Source: Calditrichia bacterium (GTDB taxonomy: Bacteria; Calditrichota; Calditrichia; JAJRVZ01). Taken from it: DNA of 64,000 nucleotides. The position numbers and the translations under genes are program-made. Below, in pieces: positions 1 through 9,742 of the stretch. Within the stretch, counting starts at the first letter, position 1; each line of letters opens with the position of its first letter. The stretch lies in NCBI GenBank assembly GCA_963796965.1, contig CAWCNS010000007.1, positions 800,001-864,000 on the forward strand, in the 5' to 3' direction. Under the pieces are notes generated by a model. The model was not told the origin of the DNA, did not search any database, and saw only the letters and a program-made list of their open reading frames with translations.

Positions 1-1244
1 TTCCCTCGATTGATTTGGATAAAGTTACCAGGGTTTCGTGTACCTGTTTTAACACAGACAACTTTATTTCTGATAATTTTTATTTGTAACAATTGATATA
101 AGTATGAAAGAAATTCAAATTCCGGATTTTTTTTAAATTGATTGCATTTATTTAATAATAAGAGACTCCATGGTAATCTCAGCCATTGTGCAAGTGCAAA
201 AATTATAAATATTTTTTGAGGATAATTCCTGAACATCAGTTCAAATTTTTTTTGAAACAGCGGAAGAGAATAGCGATCCCACCATTTTTGAAGTAGGGTG
301 GATAAATGAATCTCATTCTGAAAATCATCGTTCTGATAATAACTTAAAATTGTATCAAGCTTATCAGCGACATATCCCGCATTTTCCGTATCAGGCGTTG
401 AAGGGTAATCTGGAATATTCTCTAAAAGGTGGTTCCATCCAAAGAATCCACAAATTTCTTTAACTACAAATCCATATTGCTGATCTCGATCGATAAGATC
501 CATCATATGAGCGTCAGGCCTTCTTTCCGGAGAAAATATTTTTACTCTACTCCATAGGGTATCTAGCGTACCCAATATTTGTGTATCCTGAACCACAAGA
601 GAGTGAAGAATGTGGTTATTTCGGGAGATAGATTCATTCTCCTTGTACTGCTTAAGAACATTAGAAGGATCGAGATTTTTAACCGCTTCATCATCAGAAC
701 TATAAGCAAGTATCAAAAGTGCATTATCGTCTGCATTCTCATCCGATTCGATGAGAATATGATCCGATCCAGGATCGGCTTTGCCTTCCACATAATAATT
801 AAAATAACAAGTGCCAATCTTGTACAGTCGATCTGCAGCAGGAATATGATTTTCTGGTAGACTTAATATAAATGTGCTGTCATCTTTTGAAAATTGGAAG
901 AGGAAAATCCGGTAAATTATCGGAGTTGGCATCCAGGTATAAAAATCTAAAATGTAGAGTGGGAAGCCATTTACTATCAAATAATTGAGATAAAAGGATG
1001 TTTTAAGTATCCGTTTGGTAAAAATATGCCGTAACTCTGTATTTGTTGAATATAAACATTTAAATGAATTGTCAATTGAGGAATTTTCAAATGGTTGCTT
1101 CAGGTCAAAATCTAGAGGATTTGCAGAATTACCAGTACTAATATAGTTAATATTTAATCCAAGGGTACCCAAAACCACTTCTTCATAATCGTAGGGAACG
1201 AGTTCTGTCAATTTCTTTAAAAATTGATTTTTTATTTCAGACAT
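1..1244 (-). CDS. Hypothetical protein, at least 414 aa, running off the left edge of the window
   Basis: Manual translation from ATG at 1244 (MSEIKNQFLKKLTELVPYDYEEVVLGTLG...) is open to base 1, with AGGAAAT just before the ATG. It is absent from the ORF track because no stop falls in the window. No family recognised. Confidence 0.75.
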   Translation of the reverse strand, partial: MSEIKNQFLKKLTELVPYDYEEVVLGTLGLNINYISTGNSANPLDFDLKQPFENSSIDNSFKCLYSTNTELRHIFTKRILKTSFYLNYLIVNGFPLYILDFYTWMPTPIIYRIFLFQFSKDDSTFILSLPENHIPAADRLYKIGTCYFNYYVEGKADPGSDHILIESDENADDNALLILAYSSDDEAVKNLDPSNVLKQYKENESISRNNHILHSLVVQDTQILGTLDTLWSRVKIFSPERRPDAHMMDLIDRDQQYGFVVKEICGFFGWNHLLENIPDYPSTPDTENAGYVADKLDTILSYYQNDDFQNEIHLSTLLQKWWDRYSLPLFQKKFELMFRNYPQKIFIIFALAQWLRLPWSLLLLNKCNQFKKNPEFEFLSYLYQLLQIKIIRNKVVCVKTGTRNPGNFIQINRG

Positions 1245-1258
1245 ATTTCCTGCGACCA

Positions 1259-1318
1259 GACACAATCAGGATCATTTGAGAGATAGTAAACCTGCGATTC
1301 AAGTACCCTGATTGTGCC
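1259..1318 (-). other. Long intergenic RNA hairpin between rseP and the hypothetical gene
   Basis: On the minus strand GGCACAAUCAGGGU pairs with AUCCUGAUUGUGUC (14 bp, two G-U pairs), with a further inner UUGA/UCAA pairing. Confidence 0.5.
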
Positions 1319-1324
1319 GATGGA

Positions 1325-2644
1325 TTAGAATAATAGACGCTGAATATCTATATAAAAGATAAATACAATCAATATGAGAAGGATGGCCATGCCGATTTGC
1401 TGCACAAGCAACCTTGTCCTCATAGATACTGGTTTCCCACTTACACCCTCTACTAATAAAAACGCAAGATGGCCACCATCTAATGCTGGAATTGGCAATA
1501 TATTAAAAAAGGCCAAGATAGCGCTTAGGGCCGCAGTTAGACTCCATAATCGGTCCCAGCCCTCAGCCGCCGCATCCTGAGCCAACTTGGCTATCATAAT
1601 GGGACCACCGATAACCTCTGAGGCAGGTTTAGTGCCAGATATAACCCACCATAACCCTTTTATATTTAATGCTAACAAAGTAAAGGTGCCTTTAACCCCC
1701 TTTACAATTGCCTCGGGAAAACTTAAATCATTTATTTCATAGTATTGTCCAATACCGATTTTTCCTACTGTAATGGCTGCTCCAGAACTATCTGTTGCTT
1801 CCTTCGAATCAGGGATTAACGCTACCGAATAGGAAGATTCGTTGCGAAGATATTCAAGTGTAATTTCTTGCCCCGGGTTGTCTTGGATGATTTCTGTCAT
1901 CTCTAACCAATTTTTTATAGATACGCCATTAATCGCAACAATTCTATCACCTCGCTGTAAATGGGCTTTTTCAGCTGGCGTTTCGGTGATAACGCGGCCT
2001 ATTCTGGCTTCCGGCATCCAGGCAATATCAAGCAATTCGGCGTTCTTCTCCTGAAACCATTCTTTCTGGTAAATCAAATTAATCGTTTCTGCATCTCGGA
2101 CAACCTGAAATTTTATATTTTCATTAAGGTGCTCAATAAACTGATTCTGAATTTCATTCCAGGTGTTAACCTTATTCCCCTGGATGGCCACAATTCTGTC
2201 ACCTTTTTGAAACCCAATTTTTTTTGAGATGCCATCTTTGCCAACAAATCCAATTTCAGTTGTTGGAACGACCTCTTCACCTTTTATATAATTAACCATG
2301 GTTAATATAAGAATTGCCAGAAACAGGTTCATAATCACACCTGCTGTAATTATGATAACTCTTTTCCAAACTGGTTTTGAATTGAACTCGTAATCTGCCC
2401 CGGTGACATTTTGATCAAGACTCTCGTCAACCATACCCGACATCTTTACATACCCACCTAAAGGGATAGCGGAGATACAATAATCGGTATCCCCAATTTT
2501 TTTTCCAAATAAACGTGGTGGAAAGCCAATGGAAAACCGTTCCACCCGCACACCCATCCATTTTGCGGCAAGAAAATGTCCTAATTCATGAATCAGGACA
2601 AGAAGACCAAAAACAAATACTATTGCAAGAAAATTAAAACTCAT
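1325..2644 (-). CDS. rseP: RIP intramembrane zinc metalloprotease RseP (M50, two PDZ domains)
   Basis: HELGH and NILPIPALDGG motifs, PDZ segments; follows dxr. Confidence 0.96.
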   Translation of the reverse strand: MSFNFLAIVFVFGLLVLIHELGHFLAAKWMGVRVERFSIGFPPRLFGKKIGDTDYCISAIPLGGYVKMSGMVDESLDQNVTGADYEFNSKPVWKRVIIITAGVIMNLFLAILILTMVNYIKGEEVVPTTEIGFVGKDGISKKIGFQKGDRIVAIQGNKVNTWNEIQNQFIEHLNENIKFQVVRDAETINLIYQKEWFQEKNAELLDIAWMPEARIGRVITETPAEKAHLQRGDRIVAINGVSIKNWLEMTEIIQDNPGQEITLEYLRNESSYSVALIPDSKEATDSSGAAITVGKIGIGQYYEINDLSFPEAIVKGVKGTFTLLALNIKGLWWVISGTKPASEVIGGPIMIAKLAQDAAAEGWDRLWSLTAALSAILAFFNILPIPALDGGHLAFLLVEGVSGKPVSMRTRLLVQQIGMAILLILIVFIFYIDIQRLLF

Positions 2645-2960
2645 TTTTTACCATTATACTTTCTATCAAAATATTATAATTTTAATTTAATTATTTTTGA
2701 TTCAAATATCATCCAACTGAGTAATTATATTGATAATCCCTCAAACAGGGAAATTATTTCATATTTTTTATTATTTATGCAGATTTCTATCTATCCAGGC
2801 TTGTTTTCTTCTCTCAAAGACCCGTAATGATACAATAATAAACAATTAATACAAAATAGAAAAAAGACTCTGTTTCATTTACAATCAAGAGATATTTTGT
2901 ATTTTTTATTTTTATGTATTAACACTCGCCACACCTCTGCGAAAAAAAATAGAGAACAAA

Positions 2961-4118
2961 TCATAATAATTTATCTACATACTCCGATGTTAATTTTCTC
3001 GTCTGTAAATCAACAGCGAGATAGGATTCAAACGATTCATCCTCCATAGGAGAATGCTTAAGTAATTGATCTTCAATAACACGACTTATATCCATAAATC
3101 CAATTTTTTTTTCGAGAAATGCAGCGACGGCGATTTCATTTGCTGCATTTAAAACAGCCGGATAACTTTTACCCCGTCTTAGCACTTCAAAAGCCAATCT
3201 TAGACAAGGGAATTTTGTCAAATCGGGTTTTTCAAAAGTTAATGTATCTATTGTAAAAAAATCCATTGCTGGGACATCTAAAGGATACCTATCCGGGTAA
3301 CTGATGGCATATTGGATTGGAATTCGCATATCGGGAATTCCTAACTGGGCTTTTATTGATTTATCCTCAAATTCCACCATTGAGTGAATTATAGACTGGG
3401 GGTGAACAACAACCTCTATGGAATCTAAAGGGACATCATACAACCAAAAGGCCTCTATTACTTCCAATCCTTTGTTCATTAATGTTGCCGAGTCGATCGT
3501 TATTTTTGCGCCCATATCCCAATTTGGGTGTTTTAAGGCTTGTTCCGGTCCTGCTTTTTGCATTTCTTTGAGTGGAGTTTCTCTAAAAGGACCACCCGAT
3601 GCAGTAAGGAGAATTTTATTTATATTATTTCCTTTCTCACCTACCAGACATTGCCAGATAGCACTGTGTTCGCTATCAATTGGCATTAGATCCACTTCAT
3701 ACTCACGCAGAAGGTTGTTAATATATGATCCGGCAACAACCAGGGTCTCTTTATTTGCTAAAGCAACAAAGATTTTTCTTTTTATTGCTTCAATAGTAGG
3801 TTTAAGGCCTGCAAATCCAACAAAAGCGTTTACCACAACATCCGGTAAATCATCTTCCCATGATTTTAATAGACCATCATTCCCATACCATACCTTATAG
3901 TCAGCAGAATCAAACATTTTACAGAACATTTCATGGGCTTTTTGATCATAAATAACCACATGCCTGGGTTTAAACTCTTGAATTTGCTCTGCTAATAGAG
4001 AAATATTTTTGTTGGTGGCAAGGATCACGGCCTGAAAATGCTTGGGTTGTTGACGTATAACATCTAAAGTGTTAACACCAATAGAACCTGTGGACCCTAA
4101 GAGACATATTTTTTTCAT
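2961..4118 (-). CDS. dxr: 1-deoxy-D-xylulose 5-phosphate reductoisomerase
   Basis: LGSTGSIG, LANKE, PIDSEH and HPNWDMGAKITIDSAT motifs. Confidence 0.98.
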   Translation of the reverse strand: MKKICLLGSTGSIGVNTLDVIRQQPKHFQAVILATNKNISLLAEQIQEFKPRHVVIYDQKAHEMFCKMFDSADYKVWYGNDGLLKSWEDDLPDVVVNAFVGFAGLKPTIEAIKRKIFVALANKETLVVAGSYINNLLREYEVDLMPIDSEHSAIWQCLVGEKGNNINKILLTASGGPFRETPLKEMQKAGPEQALKHPNWDMGAKITIDSATLMNKGLEVIEAFWLYDVPLDSIEVVVHPQSIIHSMVEFEDKSIKAQLGIPDMRIPIQYAISYPDRYPLDVPAMDFFTIDTLTFEKPDLTKFPCLRLAFEVLRRGKSYPAVLNAANEIAVAAFLEKKIGFMDISRVIEDQLLKHSPMEDESFESYLAVDLQTRKLTSEYVDKLL

Positions 4119-4139
4119 CCTTATCCTATCAATTATGCT

Positions 4140-5003
4140 CTAAAGAATAATCTTCAGACCTGCTGTAAAAGCATTATAAAATCCAAACTCATAATCAGCA
4201 TTGATGTTAAAAATCCAGAGACGCAGATTTGCACCAATAATGTATCTAAGACCATTTTGGCCATTTAGTTTGACATCCCCTACCCCAAAGTTTCCAATGC
4301 CTTCAAGATCATCAGTTCTCATTGTCATCGAGGTAACCTCGTACCCAAGACCGGTGTATATACCAAGAGGGAGTCCAGGAATTTCCTTCGAAGAATGGAT
4401 ATTCATGGCAAAAGTTCCAGCATCAACCCAATTACTCAAACTCATTAAATGATATGTTACCTGAACACTCAAATCAATAGGAAACTCAGCAGAGCTGACA
4501 AGATCACTTAATCCATATTTAATACCTAGCCCGGAGAGCCTTATACCGCCTAGTTCAGGCACTTCTATGACGGGCCAGGTACGTAGCATTAACTCGATAT
4601 CTGCCGTAAGACCTAAGTTAAGCTGTAATTGAGGCACTTCAACAAGAGAAAGACCTGTCCCAGCAATAGTACCCTGAGGGGGCGAAGAATTCCCGAATAC
4701 TGTTGGAACGGGGGAACCCTCCCAACCAAAGGTTTTTGATTTATCTGGTAAATTTATGTTGATATAGTTAACACCAATGTCAAAATGGGGAAATGCTTGA
4801 ACCACAGCACGGTTAAAAAGCCCCGAACCTGATATTGTGCCAAATACTGTTACTAATGGCTGGGAATAGCCAACAAGATAAGGCTCACCTTTGGAGGGAT
4901 CACTCAATATTTCTCTGACGCTCTCATCAAAAGTAGATTGAGCCTCAGATTGTGTAGTACTGAAAAGGCAAATTCCCAGTACGAACAGAATTAATTTTTT
5001 CAT
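4140..5003 (-). CDS. Secreted, probable outer-membrane beta-barrel protein (DUF6588-like)
   Basis: Signal peptide and amphipathic beta-strands with a terminal strand (NAFTAGLKIIL). The family assignment is by resemblance only. Confidence 0.55.
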   Translation of the reverse strand: MKKLILFVLGICLFSTTQSEAQSTFDESVREILSDPSKGEPYLVGYSQPLVTVFGTISGSGLFNRAVVQAFPHFDIGVNYININLPDKSKTFGWEGSPVPTVFGNSSPPQGTIAGTGLSLVEVPQLQLNLGLTADIELMLRTWPVIEVPELGGIRLSGLGIKYGLSDLVSSAEFPIDLSVQVTYHLMSLSNWVDAGTFAMNIHSSKEIPGLPLGIYTGLGYEVTSMTMRTDDLEGIGNFGVGDVKLNGQNGLRYIIGANLRLWIFNINADYEFGFYNAFTAGLKIIL

Positions 5004-5025
5004 TATCTCTTTGTTTCTATGTAGA

Positions 5026-5871
5026 TCAGCAAAAACGATTCATATATTTTTTTGCTGACTGGCATTCACTTTTACTTAAATCTTGTGAATTTACTGAAAT
5101 GTTTGTCATTAATTCAAGTTGATTTAAAATTGCTGTAATAAGAAGATCAGATGTTATTGGCCGGCCATTTATTTCATTCAAACATATCGTTTTTTCCAGC
5201 ATCTCTTGTTCAATGATCCTCGATTTATCTCTATCAATATTTAAATACTGAGGGAGACAGCAATGAAATTTTCCAATCAAAATAGAGCCATGTTGGAGAA
5301 TGGCGTCCTGATAAATCTTTTGGGCGCTACCAATTACTTTTTTACCTTCAAACTGAACTTCCGACCATGCTGATTTTGTAAAGCAGGGAATATCATCAGG
5401 TTGATTTGTTATTTTTGGCAGTGCATCCTTACTTTGCTTTAGGTCGACGCTATAACCCTGATCACGTAAAGCACGGGTAAAAACGTCGTGAATAAAAAAA
5501 TATAATTGTTGATGGTGGAGCATACTTTTAGGGATATGAATACTATAAGTTAATTCTTCCGAATGAAAGATTGCCCTGCCTCCTGTTGGTCTTCGCACCA
5601 AATCATAACCGTCTTGCTGTAACTTTAATTGATCGATAATCTCCATTTTCTGATGATAGCCTATGGATAAACAATAGGGCTCCCAACCATAAAACCGCAA
5701 AACGGGCATATCATTTTTATGACATTTTGATGATAGGAGGTAATCGATTGCCATGTTCATCCGGCCATTGAATATATTGTATGGGATGAGTCGTATTTTT
5801 CTAAAGGAGGGGGGCAGATGATTAGCGGATAACGCCACGTTCACTTTCCCGAAAGAATGAAAGGATGTCAC
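5026..5871 (-). CDS. Lipoate-protein ligase / octanoyltransferase (LplA/LipM family); true start probably downstream of 5871
   Basis: NMAID, LRFYGW, VRRPTGGRAIFH, KKVIGSAQ and LQHGS motifs. Confidence 0.88.
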   Translation of the reverse strand: MTSFHSFGKVNVALSANHLPPSFRKIRLIPYNIFNGRMNMAIDYLLSSKCHKNDMPVLRFYGWEPYCLSIGYHQKMEIIDQLKLQQDGYDLVRRPTGGRAIFHSEELTYSIHIPKSMLHHQQLYFFIHDVFTRALRDQGYSVDLKQSKDALPKITNQPDDIPCFTKSAWSEVQFEGKKVIGSAQKIYQDAILQHGSILIGKFHCCLPQYLNIDRDKSRIIEQEMLEKTICLNEINGRPITSDLLITAILNQLELMTNISVNSQDLSKSECQSAKKYMNRFC

Positions 5872-6592
5872 AAACCTCTTCGATTTGTTCTACATCATCC
5901 TCAACTTTTTGTATTGCATCTTTTACAGTGAGATTTAGTTGGTAAATTATGCGATAGGCCTCCTTCATTAATGCAAGGGTCTCATCTGAAAAGCCCCTTC
6001 GCTTGAGGCCAACTCTGTTTAGTCCACCATAGCGTAGGGGTTCTCCCATAGCAAGGATATAGGGTGGAACATCTTTATGAATGCGTAAACCGCCACCAAT
6101 AAAAGAATGTCTACCGATACGAACAAATTGGTGGACAGGACTCATTCCGCCAATACCCACATGATCTTCAATCGTCACATGACCTGCCATATTCACCGAA
6201 TTTGCAATAACAACATTATTACCTAAATGGCAATCATGGGCTATGTGAGAATAGGCCATGAGCAGGCAATTGTTCCCTACACGGGTCTTCCAGCGGTCTT
6301 TTGTACCACGATTAAGGGTTGCAAACTCTCTTATTGTCGTATCATTACCAATTTCAAGAAATGAATCCTCACCTTCAAACTTGAGATCTTGTGGGATCGT
6401 TCCTAAAACAGCACCATGAAAAACCTTGCAACCAGAACCTATCGTTGTTCCGCTGGCAATCAAAGAAGCAGATCCTATTTCACAATTATCGCCAATAGTC
6501 ACATTTGCTTCAACAACAGCAAATGGCCCAATTTTCACATTTTTACCAAGTTCCGCATTTTTATCTACTTCAGCAGATTTATGTATTTCCAT
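5822..6592 (-). CDS. lpxA: UDP-N-acetylglucosamine O-acyltransferase LpxA
   Basis: Hexapeptide repeats, PQDLKF and HIAHDC motifs; lpx operon context. Confidence 0.97.
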   Translation of the reverse strand: MEIHKSAEVDKNAELGKNVKIGPFAVVEANVTIGDNCEIGSASLIASGTTIGSGCKVFHGAVLGTIPQDLKFEGEDSFLEIGNDTTIREFATLNRGTKDRWKTRVGNNCLLMAYSHIAHDCHLGNNVVIANSVNMAGHVTIEDHVGIGGMSPVHQFVRIGRHSFIGGGLRIHKDVPPYILAMGEPLRYGGLNRVGLKRRGFSDETLALMKEAYRIIYQLNLTVKDAIQKVEDDVEQIEEVCDILSFFRESERGVIR

Positions 6593-6629
6593 TTCAGGAT
6601 TTTATCCTTACTGTCTGCAATGAGATTAG

Positions 6630-8042
6630 TTATCGATCAACAATTCCTGCCATCATTTCTGCTTCACAGGCTAATTCACCCTTAACATAAGCCTTTCCAG
6701 CCATTTTAAAGGTATTTCGTCTGGCTTTAAGCATGATTAGCTCAAGAATTAGCTGATCACCCGGGACAATTGCACGTCGGAATTTAACATTATCTATACT
6801 CATGAATAATACAAGTTTATTCTCAACCTCATCATCATCTTTAAGCAGGAGTATTCCACCTGTTTGTGCCATAGCCTCTACTATTAGAACACCGGGCATA
6901 ACTGGCCGGCCAGGAAAATGTCCGTTAAAGAAGGGCTCGTTTACCGTTACATTCTTAACGCCTACAATTCTTTTGCCAGGCTCAAATTCGAGGATACTAT
7001 CAATGAGAAGGAAGGGATAACGATGCGGTAAGATCTTTTTAATCGCATTGATATCAAATACCACACCTTTGGTGGCAACTTCACGATATTTCTTCGTAAT
7101 TTTTTGCTTTTTATAGATAGCCCGAATCATGCGGGCAAATTCGATATTGCTCTGATGACCTGGTCTTGCTGCCAAAATCTGAGCCTTAATGGGTGCACCA
7201 ACTAATGCGAGATCACCGATTAGATCGAGTAGTTTATGGCGGCAGGGCTCATTTTTGAATCGAAGAGGCTTATCGTTTAAGATCCCTCCGCTCGGACCTA
7301 ATTTTATATCCGATTTAATTTCCAGTTTTTTCTTAAGATCACGAATTTCTTCGTCACTGAGTTTTCTGTCCACAATGACTACGGCTGAATCGAGATCTCC
7401 TCCCTTGATCAATCCCTCATCCAAAAGCGACTCTACCTCATGAAGGAAACAGAATGTACGCGCAGGGGCAAACTCAGTTATAAATTCTTTCTCCATCGAG
7501 AAAAGGCCGCTATGCTGACTACCAAGAGCCGGATTTTTATAATCGATCATTACAGTTACCCGATAATCATCAGTGGGTAGCGCTGCAAATTCAATCCCAC
7601 GTTGTTCATCTCTGTAAGACAAAGGTTCTTCAATGACCACATAGTCTTTTGGTTCATTTTGTTCCTCAATGCCGGCCTCAATAAGTTTGTGTACAAATGG
7701 CATGGCACTTCCATCACCGATGGGAGGTTCATTAGCATTAATTTCAACGCGGACATTATCGATCTGTAGGCCAAAGATAGCCGCTAAAACGTGTTCTACA
7801 GTATGTACATATGCACTATCTGATGCAATTGTAGTTCCACGTAAGCTGTCGATATCTGTATTTTGCTGCACATTCTCAACGATAGCCTCAATCTCAGGCT
7901 GATTTTCAAGATCAACCCGGACAAACTTCACGCCATAGTTTTCGGGTGCCGGTTTAAAAGTTAATGTTGTATCTGTGCCCGTATGTAATCCTCGACCACT
8001 AAAAGATATTGCCTTTTTGATCGTTTTCTGCTTATCGCTCAT
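6630..8042 (-). CDS. lpxC-fabZ: Bifunctional LpxC deacetylase / FabZ dehydratase
   Basis: N-terminal GRGLHTG, TVEHVLAA and HKLLDLIGD (LpxC); C-terminal LPHRYPFLLID and GHFPGRPVMPGVLIVEAMAQ (FabZ). Confidence 0.97.
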   Translation of the reverse strand: MSDKQKTIKKAISFSGRGLHTGTDTTLTFKPAPENYGVKFVRVDLENQPEIEAIVENVQQNTDIDSLRGTTIASDSAYVHTVEHVLAAIFGLQIDNVRVEINANEPPIGDGSAMPFVHKLIEAGIEEQNEPKDYVVIEEPLSYRDEQRGIEFAALPTDDYRVTVMIDYKNPALGSQHSGLFSMEKEFITEFAPARTFCFLHEVESLLDEGLIKGGDLDSAVVIVDRKLSDEEIRDLKKKLEIKSDIKLGPSGGILNDKPLRFKNEPCRHKLLDLIGDLALVGAPIKAQILAARPGHQSNIEFARMIRAIYKKQKITKKYREVATKGVVFDINAIKKILPHRYPFLLIDSILEFEPGKRIVGVKNVTVNEPFFNGHFPGRPVMPGVLIVEAMAQTGGILLLKDDDEVENKLVLFMSIDNVKFRRAIVPGDQLILELIMLKARRNTFKMAGKAYVKGELACEAEMMAGIVDR

Positions 8043-9085
8043 TTCCCCCCGCCTAAATGCTTAATTTTTTCTTCAAGTTCTTTTATTTCCTTTTGAAGGG
8101 AATTTAATTTTTTTCCCATATCTGGCAGGCGCCTGAGACTGGCTTCCATTCTCTTTTGTTTTGTTAAAGTAGAAGCAGGATATCCGAACCATACCTCCCC
8201 TTCAGGGATGTTTTTTGAGACACCACTCTGAGCCGCTACGATCGCGTTATCTCCTATTTCAATATGTCCAACAATCCCAACCTGTCCGGCCAGAGTAACA
8301 TGTTTTCCAATCCGTGTACTTCCTGACACACCTGTTTGCGCAGCAATGACTGTGTTTGCTTCGATTTCCACATTGTGCGCAATTTGCACCAAATTATCTA
8401 TCTTGCATCCGGAACCAATCCGCGTTTCACCGATTGTGGCCCGGTCGATGGTACAATTAGATCCAAGTTCCACATCGTTTTCAATCCGAACAATACCCAT
8501 TTGGGGTATCTTTTTATAGGAATCGCCATCCGGAGCAAACCCAAAGCCATCACTACCCAATACAGCACCATCATGTATAATAACCCTGTCACCAACCACG
8601 CACCGCTCTCTTATCGAAACCCTTGAATAAAGGAGACAGTTGTCGCCAATCGATACCCCGTCAAATATCACACAATTGGGATAAATGATGGTATCATTCC
8701 CAATATTGACAGATTCACCAATATAGACATTGGGTCCAATATGGACATTCTGGCCAATAATTGCTGAATCTGATATGACTGCTGCCGGATGAATTCCCTG
8801 AAAATCAGGATGCACAACCGGATAATACAGTCTTAAAATCTCGAGAAATGCAAGGTAAGGATCTTTAACTTTAATATGTGGTACAGATGGTGGATCCTGA
8901 TCTAAAGCAATAAGAACTGCTGATGCTTTGGTCGACTCCAGAAATTTCGAATATTTGGGATTAGAAAGAAATGATAACTGGCCTGGAACAGCATCCTGTA
9001 TTTTTGCCAGACCAGTTATTAAAATATCTGGCTTGCCAACTAATTCACCTGTGAGAAACTCCGCAATCTCGGATAATTTCATCAT
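8039..9085 (-). CDS. lpxD: UDP-3-O-acylglucosamine N-acyltransferase LpxD
   Basis: GSDGFGF and KIDNLVQIAHNV motifs, hexapeptide repeats. Confidence 0.97.
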   Translation of the reverse strand: MMKLSEIAEFLTGELVGKPDILITGLAKIQDAVPGQLSFLSNPKYSKFLESTKASAVLIALDQDPPSVPHIKVKDPYLAFLEILRLYYPVVHPDFQGIHPAAVISDSAIIGQNVHIGPNVYIGESVNIGNDTIIYPNCVIFDGVSIGDNCLLYSRVSIRERCVVGDRVIIHDGAVLGSDGFGFAPDGDSYKKIPQMGIVRIENDVELGSNCTIDRATIGETRIGSGCKIDNLVQIAHNVEIEANTVIAAQTGVSGSTRIGKHVTLAGQVGIVGHIEIGDNAIVAAQSGVSKNIPEGEVWFGYPASTLTKQKRMEASLRRLPDMGKKLNSLQKEIKELEEKIKHLGGGK

Positions 9086-9094
9086 AGTGATTGG

Positions 9095-9631
9095 CTATTT
9101 TGAAGCCGAAGCACCCTTATTCAGCTCTTCAAGGATGCGCTCAGTCAGATCATATTTAGGGAGGGCATGTAGAAGAGCGCCTGAAGAAGCGTCAAAAACC
9201 ATATCATACTCTTCTTCCGCACCGATTCTGGTGATTATATCATTAATCTTCTTAATGATTGGCTGAAAGAGCTCCTGGTTCTTTTTATAAAACTCGCCAC
9301 CCTCAGGATTTAATTTCTCAAATTTAAATTTGTCAATTTCAGTAGCTTTTGTCTGGAGTTCACGTAATTTTTCTTTTTTCTTTTCTTCACTTAATAAAAG
9401 GCTCTGAGATTCTATTTCTTGAGCCAGGGCCTGATATTCCCTGACTTTTGCCTCATATTCAGCTTGATATTGATTTCTAATCTGTTCTAATTGATTCTGG
9501 GCATCAATAGCTTCCTGATACTGTGCGAGAATTTTCTGTGAATCAATGTATCCCAGTTTTATCTGAGCCTGACTTACTGAGAATGCTGAAATTAAGAATA
9601 GTAAGGTAAAAACTAATGTGGATCGTTTCAA
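9095..9631 (-). CDS. skp: Periplasmic chaperone Skp/OmpH
   Basis: Signal peptide, KLGYIDS, coiled coil, YDMVFD...YDLT; lies between bamA and lpxD. Confidence 0.93.
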   Translation of the reverse strand: MKRSTLVFTLLFLISAFSVSQAQIKLGYIDSQKILAQYQEAIDAQNQLEQIRNQYQAEYEAKVREYQALAQEIESQSLLLSEEKKKEKLRELQTKATEIDKFKFEKLNPEGGEFYKKNQELFQPIIKKINDIITRIGAEEEYDMVFDASSGALLHALPKYDLTERILEELNKGASASK

Positions 9632-9742
9632 AACGCCCTCCTTTTTTGAAAAAAATTAAAATATAATTTGAAATATTTTTTCATGTTTTAGTAAAAATAA
9701 TACCATTGAAAATCAGAGATAAATTTTAATTTATCTAATTAA

